Source of the DNA: Vicugna vicugna
Taxonomy: Eukaryota
Direction of reading: 5' to 3'
DNA length: 64,000 nucleotides
Assembly (NCBI GenBank): GCA_013265495.1
Contig: MU057487.1
Coordinates: 1,054,001 to 1,118,000, forward strand
The notes beneath the pieces were generated by a model, which saw nothing but the letters and a program-made list of their open reading frames with translations, ran no database searches and was not told the origin of the DNA. Below are positions 53,375 to 64,000 of this stretch, piece by piece. Every line of letters begins with the position of its first letter. Position 1 is the first letter of the stretch. Both the position numbers and the translations under genes were made by a program.

Positions 53375-53550
53375 GGGATACTAAATAAGTTAATTAATCT
53401 CTTTTGAGTTTCATCTCCTCGTCTCTAAAATGAGGATAATAATAGCAGCTGCTATCATAGGAAATCTCCTAAGGATTAAAAGACAAAGCAGAGAAAGAAT
53501 ATAGGACAGCGAATGTTAGATAGTAAGTATTCAGGAAGTGGTAACTATTT
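53375..53550 (+). mobile_element. MIR fragment
   Basis: ataagttaattaatctc..tctcctcgtctctaaaatgaggataataatag..aaggattaaa..atagtaagtattca. Confidence 0.7.
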
Positions 53551-53730
53551 TCTTTGCTACAAAAGTGGAGGGCACATAGCGTGGATATAGAAAAATTTGT
53601 ACTATTCACATGTTCACCTCAACCCCAATATTTGGGACTCTTTTAAAATAAAAATAAATCTGAAAGAGATTGTTGCAGCTATCATGGCTTCTTAGTTCTG
53701 AGTAGGAACACGGAAAGGAAGGGAGGAGCC

Positions 53731-53816
53731 GGGGAGGGCGATAACTCAGTGGTAGACCACATGCTTAGCATGCATGAGGTCCTGGGTTCAATCTCCAGCA
53801 CCATCACTAAAAAAAA
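53731..53816 (+). mobile_element. Vic-1-type SINE, tRNA head plus short A tract only
   Basis: ggggagggcgataactcagtggtagaccacatgcttagcatgcatgaggtcctgggttcaatctccagcacc. Confidence 0.88.
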
Positions 53817-54020
53817 GGGGGGGAGGGGGGAGAATCAGGATAGAGTTCTTTGCTCACACAATAATTTATTGAATGTAAAATTGCCTAGCCAGCTGTGAGT
53901 TTTATGGCCTCTATTTCAATAATGGTACTAAAAAAAAAGGATGGCCATTCCATTTGATTATGACCTTTAAAAGCTTGCCTTTATGTATTATCCCATGTTG
54001 TTATCCAAACCACATCGGGA

Positions 54021-54225
54021 CATGTCATCTCCCTTTGCCTCCCTGAAATCAAGTAGAAGAAATAACAGGCTAGAAACTGAAAAGGAAGCTCAAACATGCC
54101 TCATCTAATGTGATCTGTTATGGGAACCATTATAAGCCAGTGGCCTGAGCTTTTTCTTTTTTTATTTTTGAAGATATTATACCGTTTAATAAGATTCTTT
54201 GTGGATAAAAATGACTCAGTGCTTT
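54021..54225 (+). repeat. Local duplication, copy 1
   Basis: Aligns to 54872-55079; 40-bp identical core at 54097-54136. Confidence 0.93.
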
Positions 54226-54871
54226 GGATAAGTGAGTTAGATATCATTGCCCCCATTTAATGGAAAAAGGAAGGAGAAACTGAGACTTGACTTAACCTAA
54301 GCTCAGACCGCACTGATCAAGCCCATTCAGTGCTGCCGTGTGACCTTGTGCCCACGGCAACTCCACAGTGGTCCACAAGCCGCACAAAGCTTCCCAGACA
54401 TGCCAGTGGGAGCTCTCTGAACCCCCAGCCCCATTTGCTTCCTAAGATGCACTGAAAGTAAAAGAGTAAAGAAAACAGTGTGAGGATGTACAACTTCACA
54501 CCTCCACCAACCCTGCTCTTTTCCTCTTTATCAAAAGCCATCAGATGTGGCCACTGAAAGTGGTGAGTGACCCACAAGAGAAATCATGAAGGGAGGTCAG
54601 GGTTCTGATGTTCTTTCAGGCACCAAGGTGGACACTCAGACCGAAGAATTAAAACGATCCAGGGATGAGTTTGAGGCTGCAAGCCCAGGGGGAGGGTGGA
54701 AGCATGGAAGCCGTGCCTCTGCCAGCTCAAGACAGAGTCGCCACTGCACGGGTCCCACTGAGGCAGCCGTGGCCCCGTGGGGAATGCAGCCTTGGAAATG
54801 ACAGTGCCCTCTGCAGTTGGCGAGCTGTCATCTCTGCAGACACTCCCATGTCCCTCTCCTGTCTCTCATGC

Positions 54872-55079
54872 CATGTCACTTCGCCTCCGTGAAATCAGGT
54901 AGAAGAAAGAATAGCCTAGACCCTGAAAACTAAGTTCAAACGTGCCTCATCTAATGTGATCTGTTATGGGAACCATTATAAGTCAATGGCCTGAGCATTA
55001 TTTTTTTAATTTCAAAATCTTTTTTTTACCCTTTATTAAGTATAAGGTTCGTTTGTGGGTAAAAATGATTCAGTGCTTT
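54872..55079 (+). repeat. Local duplication, copy 2
   Basis: Aligns to 54021-54225; 40-bp identical core at 54943-54982. Confidence 0.93.
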
Positions 55080-57717
55080 TAAGTACAAGACCCTTGCTGC
55101 TTATAAATGCTGGCTGGAATCACACAGGGTAGGAAATTATGAATGTGAAAATGTGAAAGTAATAGAATTCTGATGAAACCATGGAGCTGTATTTTTTTTA
55201 AGTCATAGAAACAAAAATGTACAGCTCCCTGTTATAAATAAAATCACAATAATCCTCCCTCAGGTTATCGTTTCAACATTTTTAAGCCAATGTGTTGAAG
55301 GAAAACATGTAAAAATTTTATGTGTTAATAATTTAAAACAGTGGCATTATTAGTTTCACTGAAATGTTTCAATATAGCCTTTCACTAGAATTTACTTCAA
55401 ATCTAAATATCAGGTAGGGTTACAAAAGAATTATTTAATAGCAACAACTATAATTCCCATTTCAATTTCTATATGCAACTCCTGACAACTTGAAAGTATA
55501 ATCGAAATGGGAAAATGAGGTTTGGTCCCAGTAATGGCAGGAGAAATGTGCAGCATGAAATTTCAAGAAGTGAAAAACATATAATTTACTACTGTAAATA
55601 TTTGGAAAATCAGAATCTAAGTAACCTGCTTAGGAAGAAAGGAAAGCTTGGGAAAATGTGCTATCATGAGGGTTTCTGTGCTGCTTATCAATATGATTTC
55701 ATAGTTGGCCTTGCCATGCTGAACATGCCCTTCACTGAGAAACACCAGCCCAGGAACAAGCTCATTTCCGATAAAGCTGATGCAGCTGTTTGAGGTACAG
55801 AGGCGCTCATAAGGCTTCCAGAAGGAACCTTTCATTTAGATGCACAGATCACATAATGAGATTTACCAAAAAGCAACGGTGGCCCCAGAAACTGTTAAGA
55901 TAAAAACAAAAAGATGCAGAGCTCATTTTACATCAAGGCAAGCCATTGCTGTACTGCAAGAGACCCATAAAAGCAGACCAGTTATACAAAGGAACATAGG
56001 AATTTGCACGATGGGTCAGTCTTATGGCCCATCGAACTCAGCCTCTTCCATCTCATAATATGTCAGTGGATAATCTATGTGAGAAAACAGTTTGCTTCTC
56101 TGTGATTAAGAGGAAAAGATTTTGTATTCACTATTCCAACAGTAGCTTTATTCAACTGGCACAGGCCTTTAAAAAAAAATCACAGCATTGCCAGAGGAAT
56201 GATATTAGAGGAATATGTGGTCTGGTCCACACAACACAGTCATGAAAATAAACCACAGCTCTTCCAGATTTGGGCCCTGTCCAACTGAACTGACCATCCT
56301 CCTTGGAGGACCACACGAACGATCCTTCCAGGGCATGAAATTTAGTACTCTTTACCTGCTTTTTCCAAAAACAAAACAAAACAAAAAAAACATTGCGCTC
56401 CAAGTTCCCTACATAACGCTGTGCCTTGTACAGAATTTATATTCAAAGCTTAGATGAAGAAACAGGCATTTCTTGCTGCTAAAGCTGAAAGTAGTGCATC
56501 TTTTCTCTCTGTGGCAATATGGCACAATCTGAAAAGAGGTCACAAGCATTGTTTATCCTGCCCCATATGCAGAACCGTAAGGAGGAGATGCCTACTTGTG
56601 GGTTGACCTTTGTGGACCTAGCTCTGCTTATTCCTAATCCATGCCAGGAGGTCCCTGAAACAAAGAGACGGAAGCTTTGTAAATTGGAGACTGGGTCCTG
56701 ACAGGCAGAAAGCATGCTGGCAGAGTCAGAAGGCAGAGGCTGCATCTTATCTGCTCACAAAAGGAGGGACTTATCATTTAGGCGAGACGCAGATTAAATC
56801 CCTGCCCAGCAATGCAGGTGAACTGGAACTTCAGAAATGTCTAAAGAGACACAGAGCACCTTGTTTGGAGGACATCTGGAGACATTAACCTTTACAGAAA
56901 GGGAAAAAAAAAAAGAAGAAGAAGAAGAAAGGGAGAAAGGGAAGAAAAGCTTTCTGCACTGTTAAAGGCCTGGTAGATGGTTACAGAAATTTACTCTTGG
57001 AAAATCAGTCACTTTGAAAAGGAAGTCCTTTCTCAAATTAGCCTAAATACCACCTCTCTGGGGCCAATTTATATTTCATTTTTCTCATGACTAAGACCAT
57101 GACTTTGATTCTGGCTGTGAACATTTTACTTAAAATCTAACACAGAGGATGTGAATGACCAAAACAGTGCAGAATTTATACTGAAGTTTAAAGCCTTGAA
57201 CAAAAACTCTGGGCCCACGCAGGAGGAGAAAGTCCTAATTGGCCAATTATTTGAGGACCCACTCAAAGTAATAAAAAGGAAGGCTGGAAGGATGGGCAGA
57301 AAGGGAGATAGCAAACAGAAAGAGTAATGTCCCCAAATCTAGAAGAAACATGAGAAGAAATAAGAACAAAATCAAAAGTAAATGTAATTTTAATTGAAAT
57401 ACTTTATATCAAAGAGTCAAATTCAACAGTTGCCTTTATTCATATTAGTCATCTCCAGGCCTTTCTCCTGGGAGCCCCTGGGAGCTTTAAGCCCTAATTC
57501 CTTAGGTCATCCTAGGATATGTAATGAGAGGATTCACTTTTTTCCTCCGCCTCTGGAATGTTAGTTACATGCCAGCTTTGGGAGAACCAAAATAGTGATT
57601 CAAGTAATTTTCTGGTTCTGTGGTTCAAAGAGCTCAATCTAAATAATCTTCTAGACTAGTCCTCCCAAACCATACAATCTCTCTCTCTCTCTCTTTTTTT
57701 TTTTAACTTTCAGGGAA

Positions 57718-57849
57718 TTTTTTTTGGGGGGGGTGGGGGATAATTTATTCATTTTATTTATTTATTTTTAGAGGAGGTACCAGGAATTGAACCCAGGACT
57801 TTGTGCATGCTAAGCATGTGCTCTACGTCTTGAGCCATACCCTCCCCCC
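57718..57849 (-). mobile_element. Vic-1-type SINE
   Basis: gaggtaccaggaattgaacccaggactttgtgcatgctaagcatgtgctctac..tgagccataccctcccc. Confidence 0.9.
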
Positions 57850-59164
57850 AGCCTTTCTCTTCCTCTTCCCTACAGCTCCTTTTATTACAATCAGACTAAA
57901 CCTGAATAAGGCATACTTTCTCTCAACCTGATGACCTGGAATCCTCTCCAGCCCTATCTCTCTTCCCCGTTAAGGTTTCATCTTCTGGAAACATTCCTGA
58001 CCCCATCCAGGCTGTTTTAGGTGCCCCCACATCCCATAGTACCCTCTCCTTACTTATATTTTTAGCACTCGTCATTACATTGTAACGAAATGTGGACTGT
58101 CCCTTTCTCCCCTCCCTTCAGTTCTAGAAAAACAGCTTAGTTTTTAAATTCCCAGTGACAGATTTAGTTTCTCAAATAAGAGGTGCTCTATAAGTGTCTA
58201 CTGTTTGATTAAGAACAATTTTATCTGTAATACCAACCTAAAAATATGTTAATGGAAGTGAAAGCCATAATCTTGTTTGATATTCCAAATATTTGATTAT
58301 CTTTATTATCTGTCAAAGCTGTCAAATTCTATTTCACAGAATGCTGGGAGTCCTTGGAAGAATTTGTGATCATCTTCTACACATATTTGCTCAGTAAATA
58401 TTGAATAAATTAATGACAGAACAAATGAATGAATGAATGAAATATATAGAAGGAGATGAAAAAAATAGAATATTGGACGCTAGGTACTTTGAATCTTTTT
58501 TAGAAAAAAATTGGAAGTATAAACAAATAAAACATCTTTGCTTCACATTTTTGTAGCTTAATTGCTTAGTAATTTTTAATTACAAATTTGTAATTTTTTA
58601 TCTATAAGCATTTTTATCTAATAAGACTTTAAGGTTCGTTATATCTTGGACCACATCAGAGGATATTTAATACCCCCAGAATTCTAAGCACAATGATCAT
58701 CATAGAACAAGTGCTTGATAAATTCATTGATAGCATCATTAAATTGAAATGAATATAAATTCTTTTTTAGAAATGATATATTGAATAGCTTGACATTTTG
58801 ATCATCACAACTCACACCACATCTAGAATACACATAAGTTAATTATTCTTCCAATGCATCATACTTTTTAAAATTCTTTAGTTACTTTTCTTAAATAAAG
58901 GAGATTAAATGACAGAAAAAGTAATGAAAAATAATAAGGAAGGCAAAATTGCTTTTAGTGGGCAACACTTCAAATGTCAAGTTAAGGAATTCTGTCTTAA
59001 TTTAACAGGAAATGAGGGAGCTTTATAAAAAAGGCTTTTAATCATACTTTTGCATAAGATATGTGCTTACATTCAAAAGAACCAGAAAAGCTCATATGAC
59101 AACATTTCACCTACAATCCATAGTAATATCAATTCTGGCTCTACAGAAATCATAGCACAGCTTA

Positions 59165-59410
59165 GTTACTGGGAACACAGATCTGGAACCAGGCCATCTG
59201 AGTTCCAGTCCCAGCAAACCCACCTACTAGCTCAGTTACCTTGGGAAGTCACTTAAACTTTCAATGCCTCTGTAGTTTCCCTATCTCTAAGATGGAGATA
59301 GAAATAAAACCTGCCTCACAGGATTATTGTGAAAATTAACTAAGATAATACATATAAAATACTTATCAGTGACTAGCACATAATAAATACATGTAAATGT
59401 TGGTAATTAA
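59165..59410 (+). mobile_element. MIR SINE (near full length)
   Basis: tctggaaccaggccatctgagttccagtcccagc..cctactagct..ccttgggaagtcacttaa..cctgcctcacaggattattgtgaaaattaa. Confidence 0.88.
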
Positions 59411-60205
59411 TATAGTTGTAGGGACATGATATCTGAAAACTACATTTAAATCAAATAGAGGATTCAATTCAGAGGAAATGAAGATTTTCTCGTAGGAGGT
59501 TCACTGTTACTTTTCCCCAAATGTTCGTTTCTCACTTCCTGTCCCCTGAAAGGCTGTCTCTTCTATGAGCCAGGAAGACTTGAGAGAAGAAAAATTGGAA
59601 TGGAAGGTTTTATTTAATGAAATTCCAACCAAAAAATTATTTACAAGCATTCAGAAAGAGAAAAATGATGGGAAATCAAAAGCAAAACAAAAAATCGAAA
59701 CAGAAGAACTGCCCAGGGGACAGGAAGGTTCTGCATAAAAAGAGAAATCCATCAAAGTCCACCTCCCTTCCCTTGACCCCTCCCTGTGTGTGCTCTCAGG
59801 CCGGCTTCCATGTATAGAGCATCCATCTGGAAGTGTGCACTTCACAACCCAGCACCGAGACCAGATGGCACAGCATGGAGACTTCACTTCCGAGTGCAAA
59901 TGATTTTGTAAATCAGAAGACGAAACCGTCCTAGTAAGCACAGTTTCCTAACAGGATTAGGCAAACCCAAGTCTCTGACCCACAGGTTAAAAAAGGTCTC
60001 CAAAAAGCTACTGCCTCTGTGCACCCATGGCGTGTATGATCTCATTCGCAGAACATACCAGAGAAGCATTAAAGATGATAGTTTCAGATGAAGAAAGAGA
60101 ATGTAGCCAGGAAATGGAGTACATACAGAGAAACAGTGATGGCACAGTATCTGACCCACACTGCAAAGCCCCGGATGAAGGAATTCTCCCATTAAGAAAA
60201 TATTT

Positions 60206-60340
60206 GGGGTGAGGGTGTAGCTCAGTGGTAGAGTGCATGCTGAGTATGCGTGAGGTCCTGGGTTCAATCCCCAGTACCCCCATTAAAAGATAAAAAAAAA
60301 ATACAAACTTAATTACCTTCCCCCTAAAAATTTTTAAAAA
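60206..60340 (+). mobile_element. Vic-1-type SINE
   Basis: gagggtgtagctcagtggtagagtgcatgctgagtatgcgtgaggtcctgggttcaatccccagtacc + aaacttaattaccttcccc; aaaatatt on both flanks. Confidence 0.92.
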
Positions 60341-60551
60341 AAAATATTCACTGAGAGTTTACCGTATGGCACAGCAGTTATCTAGGTAGCATGTAGGGGT
60401 AAACAGACAACCTCTGCCTTCATGGCACCTACATTCTAGATAAGGGAAGAAACAATCCCAAGGCAAATAAGTAAATGATCATATCATATATCATATCACA
60501 CCATATCATATCACGTGAGGAGATGTCTGAAGATTAAGAGGAAATGAAAAA

Positions 60552-61320
60552 TACTGCAGTCACTTTGGAAGACAATCCAGTGGTTTCTGACAAGACTAAA
60601 CACACCCCTATGACATGGTTCAGCAGTCATGCTCCTCGGTATTTACCCAAAGGAGTTGAAAACTTACATCCACACAAAAACCTGCACAGGGATATTTATA
60701 GCAGCTTTATTCATAAGTGAAAAAATTTGTAAGTAACCAAGATGTCACTTAGAGGGTAGATGGATACATAAACTGTAGTACATACAGATAATGGAATATT
60801 ATCCAGCACTAAAAAGAAATAAGCTCTCAAGCCATGAAAAGACAGGAAGAAAACTTAAATGCTTATTACTACATTAAAGATGACAATTTGAAAAAGTTAC
60901 ATACTGTATGATTCCAACTACATGACATTCTAGAAAAGGCAAAACTATGGAGACAGTAAAAAAAAAAAAATCAGTGGTTGCCAAGCATCGGAGGGGGAAA
61001 AGAAACGAATACATAGAGCACAGAGTATTTTTCAGGGCAGTGAAAATACTCTGTATGCTACTATAATGATGGAGACATTATACATTTGTCCAAACCATAG
61101 AATGTACAACACCAGGAGTGACTCTTAATGTGAACCACGATGTGCCAATGTAGGTTCATCAAGTGTAACAAATGTACCACTCTGATGGGAGATGTTAACA
61201 ATGGGGTAATGGGAGAGATGAGGCATGAGTGAGGGTAAGGGGAAATCTCTGTAGCTTCCTCTTGATTTTGCTGTAAGCATAAAACTGCTCTAAAAAAATT
61301 GTCCTTGAAAAAAAAAAAAG
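60552..61320 (+). mobile_element. L1MC1-like 3' end
   Basis: ggtatttacccaaaggagttgaaaactta..atactgtatgattccaacta..acattatacatttgtccaaa..taggttcatcaagtgtaacaaatgtaccactctg..aaaactgctctaaaaaa + poly(A). Confidence 0.9.
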
Positions 61321-61829
61321 ACTAAGGGGAGATGTATATGTAGGAATCATCAATGCATCCTCAATAGTCAGTGTTTAGCACTGAGACCACCTGGTGAGTC
61401 CATAAAGATATAGCAAAGAAAGTGTTCCAGTAAGGAACACAGGAAATCCGGAAAGTGTGCATCTCAAAGATGAACAAGAAATCTTTTAAGGAGGGATCGT
61501 GTATTATTCATGTCTGAGTTAAAGTGGCTGGTCAGCACACAGCAGCCCTCAATCCATGTTTATTGGATGAATTGATTTATTAATTTCATAAACTCAATCC
61601 AAATCATAAGCTTCTTCAAAATCTCCTTGCCCACCAGACACTAAAAAGCTTAGAATACAGCTTTAATTAATGGTAGCTGGAACACCTTCTGGGTATCCCA
61701 AATCTATAAACCAAAAAAGGACAAAAGTTTAGACTTCTAGAAATTTAGATGTCCAAATCAGGACACTTGCTGTCTACCTTAGTGATCTGTTTGCTATATT
61801 CAGTGTGTTGAGTTTTCTTGAATAGTTGC

Positions 61830-62035
61830 AATAATCAAGCTCATTGATTATTACTACATACCATGCACTCTGACAGGCATTTCATATGAACTTCTTCATT
61901 TAAACTCTCGCTCCAAAACATGAGTTTGATATTACTCATCCACATTTTACAGATAACATTGAAAGAGAGAGAGAGGAGGTAGTTTAGATGAGATCAAAAG
62001 CTAGTAACAAATGGACTGCAATTCCAACCCATGGA
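61830..62035 (-). mobile_element. MIR SINE
   Basis: ttactacataccatgcactctg..ttcatttaaactctc..cattttacagata..agctagtaa. Confidence 0.65.
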
Positions 62036-62126
62036 GGTTGCAGGAATACTACTAACAGCACTACTTAAAAACAACCTTAGTCAAGGGGGCATAGCAAAGG
62101 CAGCATCTGAGGGAACCTAGTGTCTG

Positions 62127-62129
62127 AAA

Positions 62130-62170
<41 letters not shown>
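62127..62170. repeat. (AAAT)11 microsatellite
   Basis: Direct reading. Confidence 0.95.
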
Positions 62171-62172
<2 letters not shown>

Positions 62173-62396
62173 AAGTATAATGCCAATCGATCCATCAACT
62201 TCTCCAAAAGCTTTGCCTCTGAACATAATAGATACTCATCAGAATGTAGAATACAGGTGAGTATATTTAATAATTAGCTATAAATCCTTTCTACATCTTA
62301 GACTAAATGATACTGTGTAGACACTAGAAATTTGTTTAGCTAAAAAGGCAAATGTCTTAATTTAGAAAACTGGTAAGAAATACTGAGGTCAAAAGA

Positions 62397-62718
62397 GAAT
62401 CTCCTTACTGGTTTTCATAGTGGCTGAATCAATTTACATTCCCATCAGCAATATATGAGGGTTCCCTTTTCTCCATGCCTTCTCCAACACTTGTTATTTC
62501 TTGCTTTTTTGACAGTAGCTATTTCCATGAGCATGAGGTGGCAAGTCCTTATGCTCTTGCTTTTACATTTCCTTAATAATTAGTAATGTTGAACATCTCT
62601 TCACATGCCTGTTGGCCACTTGTACGTCTTCTTTGGAAGAATGTCTATTCGGATCCTCTGCTTATTTTTCAACAAGCTGTTTGTTTTTTGTTGTTGTTGA
62701 ATTGTATTGAGTTCTTTA
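62397..62718 (-). mobile_element. L1 ORF2 C-terminal fragment
   Basis: catagtggctgaatcaatttacattcccatcagca..agggttcccttttctcca..tcttctttggaagaatgtctattc. Confidence 0.9.
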
Positions 62719-63199
62719 AAGGGGACAACAGTAGGTTCAAAGACAACGTTGTTACTTGACATGCTGCTGGCAGACAGGTAAACACTCGTACGGAAGCCAA
62801 GTCAAGCAGGTCAGGTGTTCATAAGGGCTGGCCTGGTGCCTCCATTTTTGGAGCCATCAGTATGCCCAACACACACTTGGTCATGGAACACTGTGCCACT
62901 GAACAGGTGAGGAAAATCCAAGACGAAAGAAATAGGGCATACATGCTGTGTGAACTCTAGCTGCCCAAAACTTTTCAAGAGAACGCTTGTAAACAGGAGC
63001 TAAACAAGTGTATTCAGGAAGCCAGATCAATGAGAGATAAACGACTGTAAAGCCTTTCTGTATCTTGACCGGCTATAACAGGAGAAACCCGTATAGGCAA
63101 TGTTTTCTTAACAAGAGAACCAGCCTGACCCTGGGAGACATTGCAGAGAAATGTTCCATTTGAACTAGTATGTTCTGTCCCATTTAAAAGATGTGACCA

Positions 63200-63421
63200 C
63201 ACTACTATATATAAAACAGATAAACAACAAGGACCTATTGTGTAGCACAGGGAACTATATTCAATATCCTGTAATAACATGTAATGGGAAAGAATCTGAA
63301 AAGGAAATACACATATGTATGTATATGTATAACTGAATCACTTTGCTGAACACCTAAAACTAACATTGTAAATCAACTACACTTCAAAAAAGAAAAATTA
63401 AAAATAAATAAATAAAAAAAT
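63200..63421 (+). mobile_element. Cetartiodactyl L1 (L1_Art-like) 3' end with TSD
   Basis: actactatatataaaacagataaacaacaaggacct..aactgaatcactttgctg..tgtaaatcaactacacttca + A tail; TSD aa(a/g)agatgtg(a/t)cca at 63186-63199 and 63422-63435, at a TTT/AAAA site. Confidence 0.92.
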
Positions 63422-63589
63422 AAGAGATGTGTCCAGCAAATTACTTTACTTCTCATGTAAATAATAAAACCCAGGAAAACCACCTGGTTTCTTCCTCTTT
63501 TCAAGCAGACTATTTGTAATTGCTAAGCCAGCCTCCTTTTAACTGTTAAATAAAAGAAGTCTTGTTTAACACTTTTATTATATAAATCA

Positions 63590-63690
63590 CTTTCATAAAC
63601 ATTAAGATGTTTAATTCTCCCAGTAATGCTAAGAGTTATTTCTGGTTCCACTTTATAGATTGAAAAACTGAGGTCTTAGTTCATGTGTCT
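63590..63690 (-). mobile_element. MIR core fragment
   Basis: tttaattctcccagtaa..ccactttatagattgaaaaactgagg. Confidence 0.6.
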
Positions 63691-64000
63691 TAGACCAGAA
63701 CTCAGATCAAAGCTTCATCTTGTCAAAGAGAACACTCTACTCCTTGGATAACTCTGGTCATGTCAAGCAAAAATTATTATAATTTAAAACTTTGAGCCGC
63801 TTTTTGGTCAATATAGGAAAGTCAGCTGATTAAACAGTTCTCTCCACAGGTTAAACAAGGCGGTTCAGGAGACTCCGAGAAGCTAACCATGAAGGAGAGA
63901 AAAGATTAGAGATAAAACCTGACAAACCTACAAAGAATCAGGGCAGAAAAAGAGACAAATTGGGATCTAAGAAAAACGGGAACAAACTTTCTCCACATGA

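Noticed and set aside
54090..54150. Duplicated core as a snoRNA or miRNA pair
   Set aside because: No proper RUGAUGA C box, the spacing to CTGA is too short, and the terminal stem of copy 1 is disrupted without compensation in copy 2.
55706..55730. p53-like element containing GAACATGCCC
   Set aside because: Only one good half-site; the neighbouring half-site is out of register or mismatched.
42718..60340. Five tRNA-Ala-like sequences with A and B boxes
   Set aside because: Broken stems, A-rich SINE tails and TSDs show these are SINE copies, not tRNA genes.
1..64000. CRISPR array, operon or intact autonomous mobile element
   Set aside because: No regularly spaced repeat-spacer array and no long ORFs; all transposon sequences are truncated or decayed.

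Overview
Mammalian, non-coding, repeat-rich DNA (intronic or intergenic). It is almost certainly camelid (camel/alpaca/llama), because it carries five tRNA-Ala-derived Vic-1-type SINEs plus cetartiodactyl-type L1 3' ends. I recognise no protein-coding gene, functional RNA gene, CRISPR array or prokaryote-type system, and the ORF track looks like noise and repeat-derived frames. Much of the window is recognisable transposon fossil: MIR, L2, L3/CR1, L1, MaLR/ERVL LTRs, hAT-Charlie MERs and a Tigger1 derivative. There is also a 70-N assembly gap. The most notable unexplained structure is a local, non-transposon-looking duplication (~54.0 kb vs ~54.9 kb, offset 846 bp). Its flanks are ~80% identical but it keeps a 40-bp perfectly identical core, and it lies in a repeat-poor, enhancer-like block (~52-57 kb). 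Repeat family names come from recalled consensus sequences, not a search, and most boundaries are approximate. I found nothing I can honestly call a new biological system.
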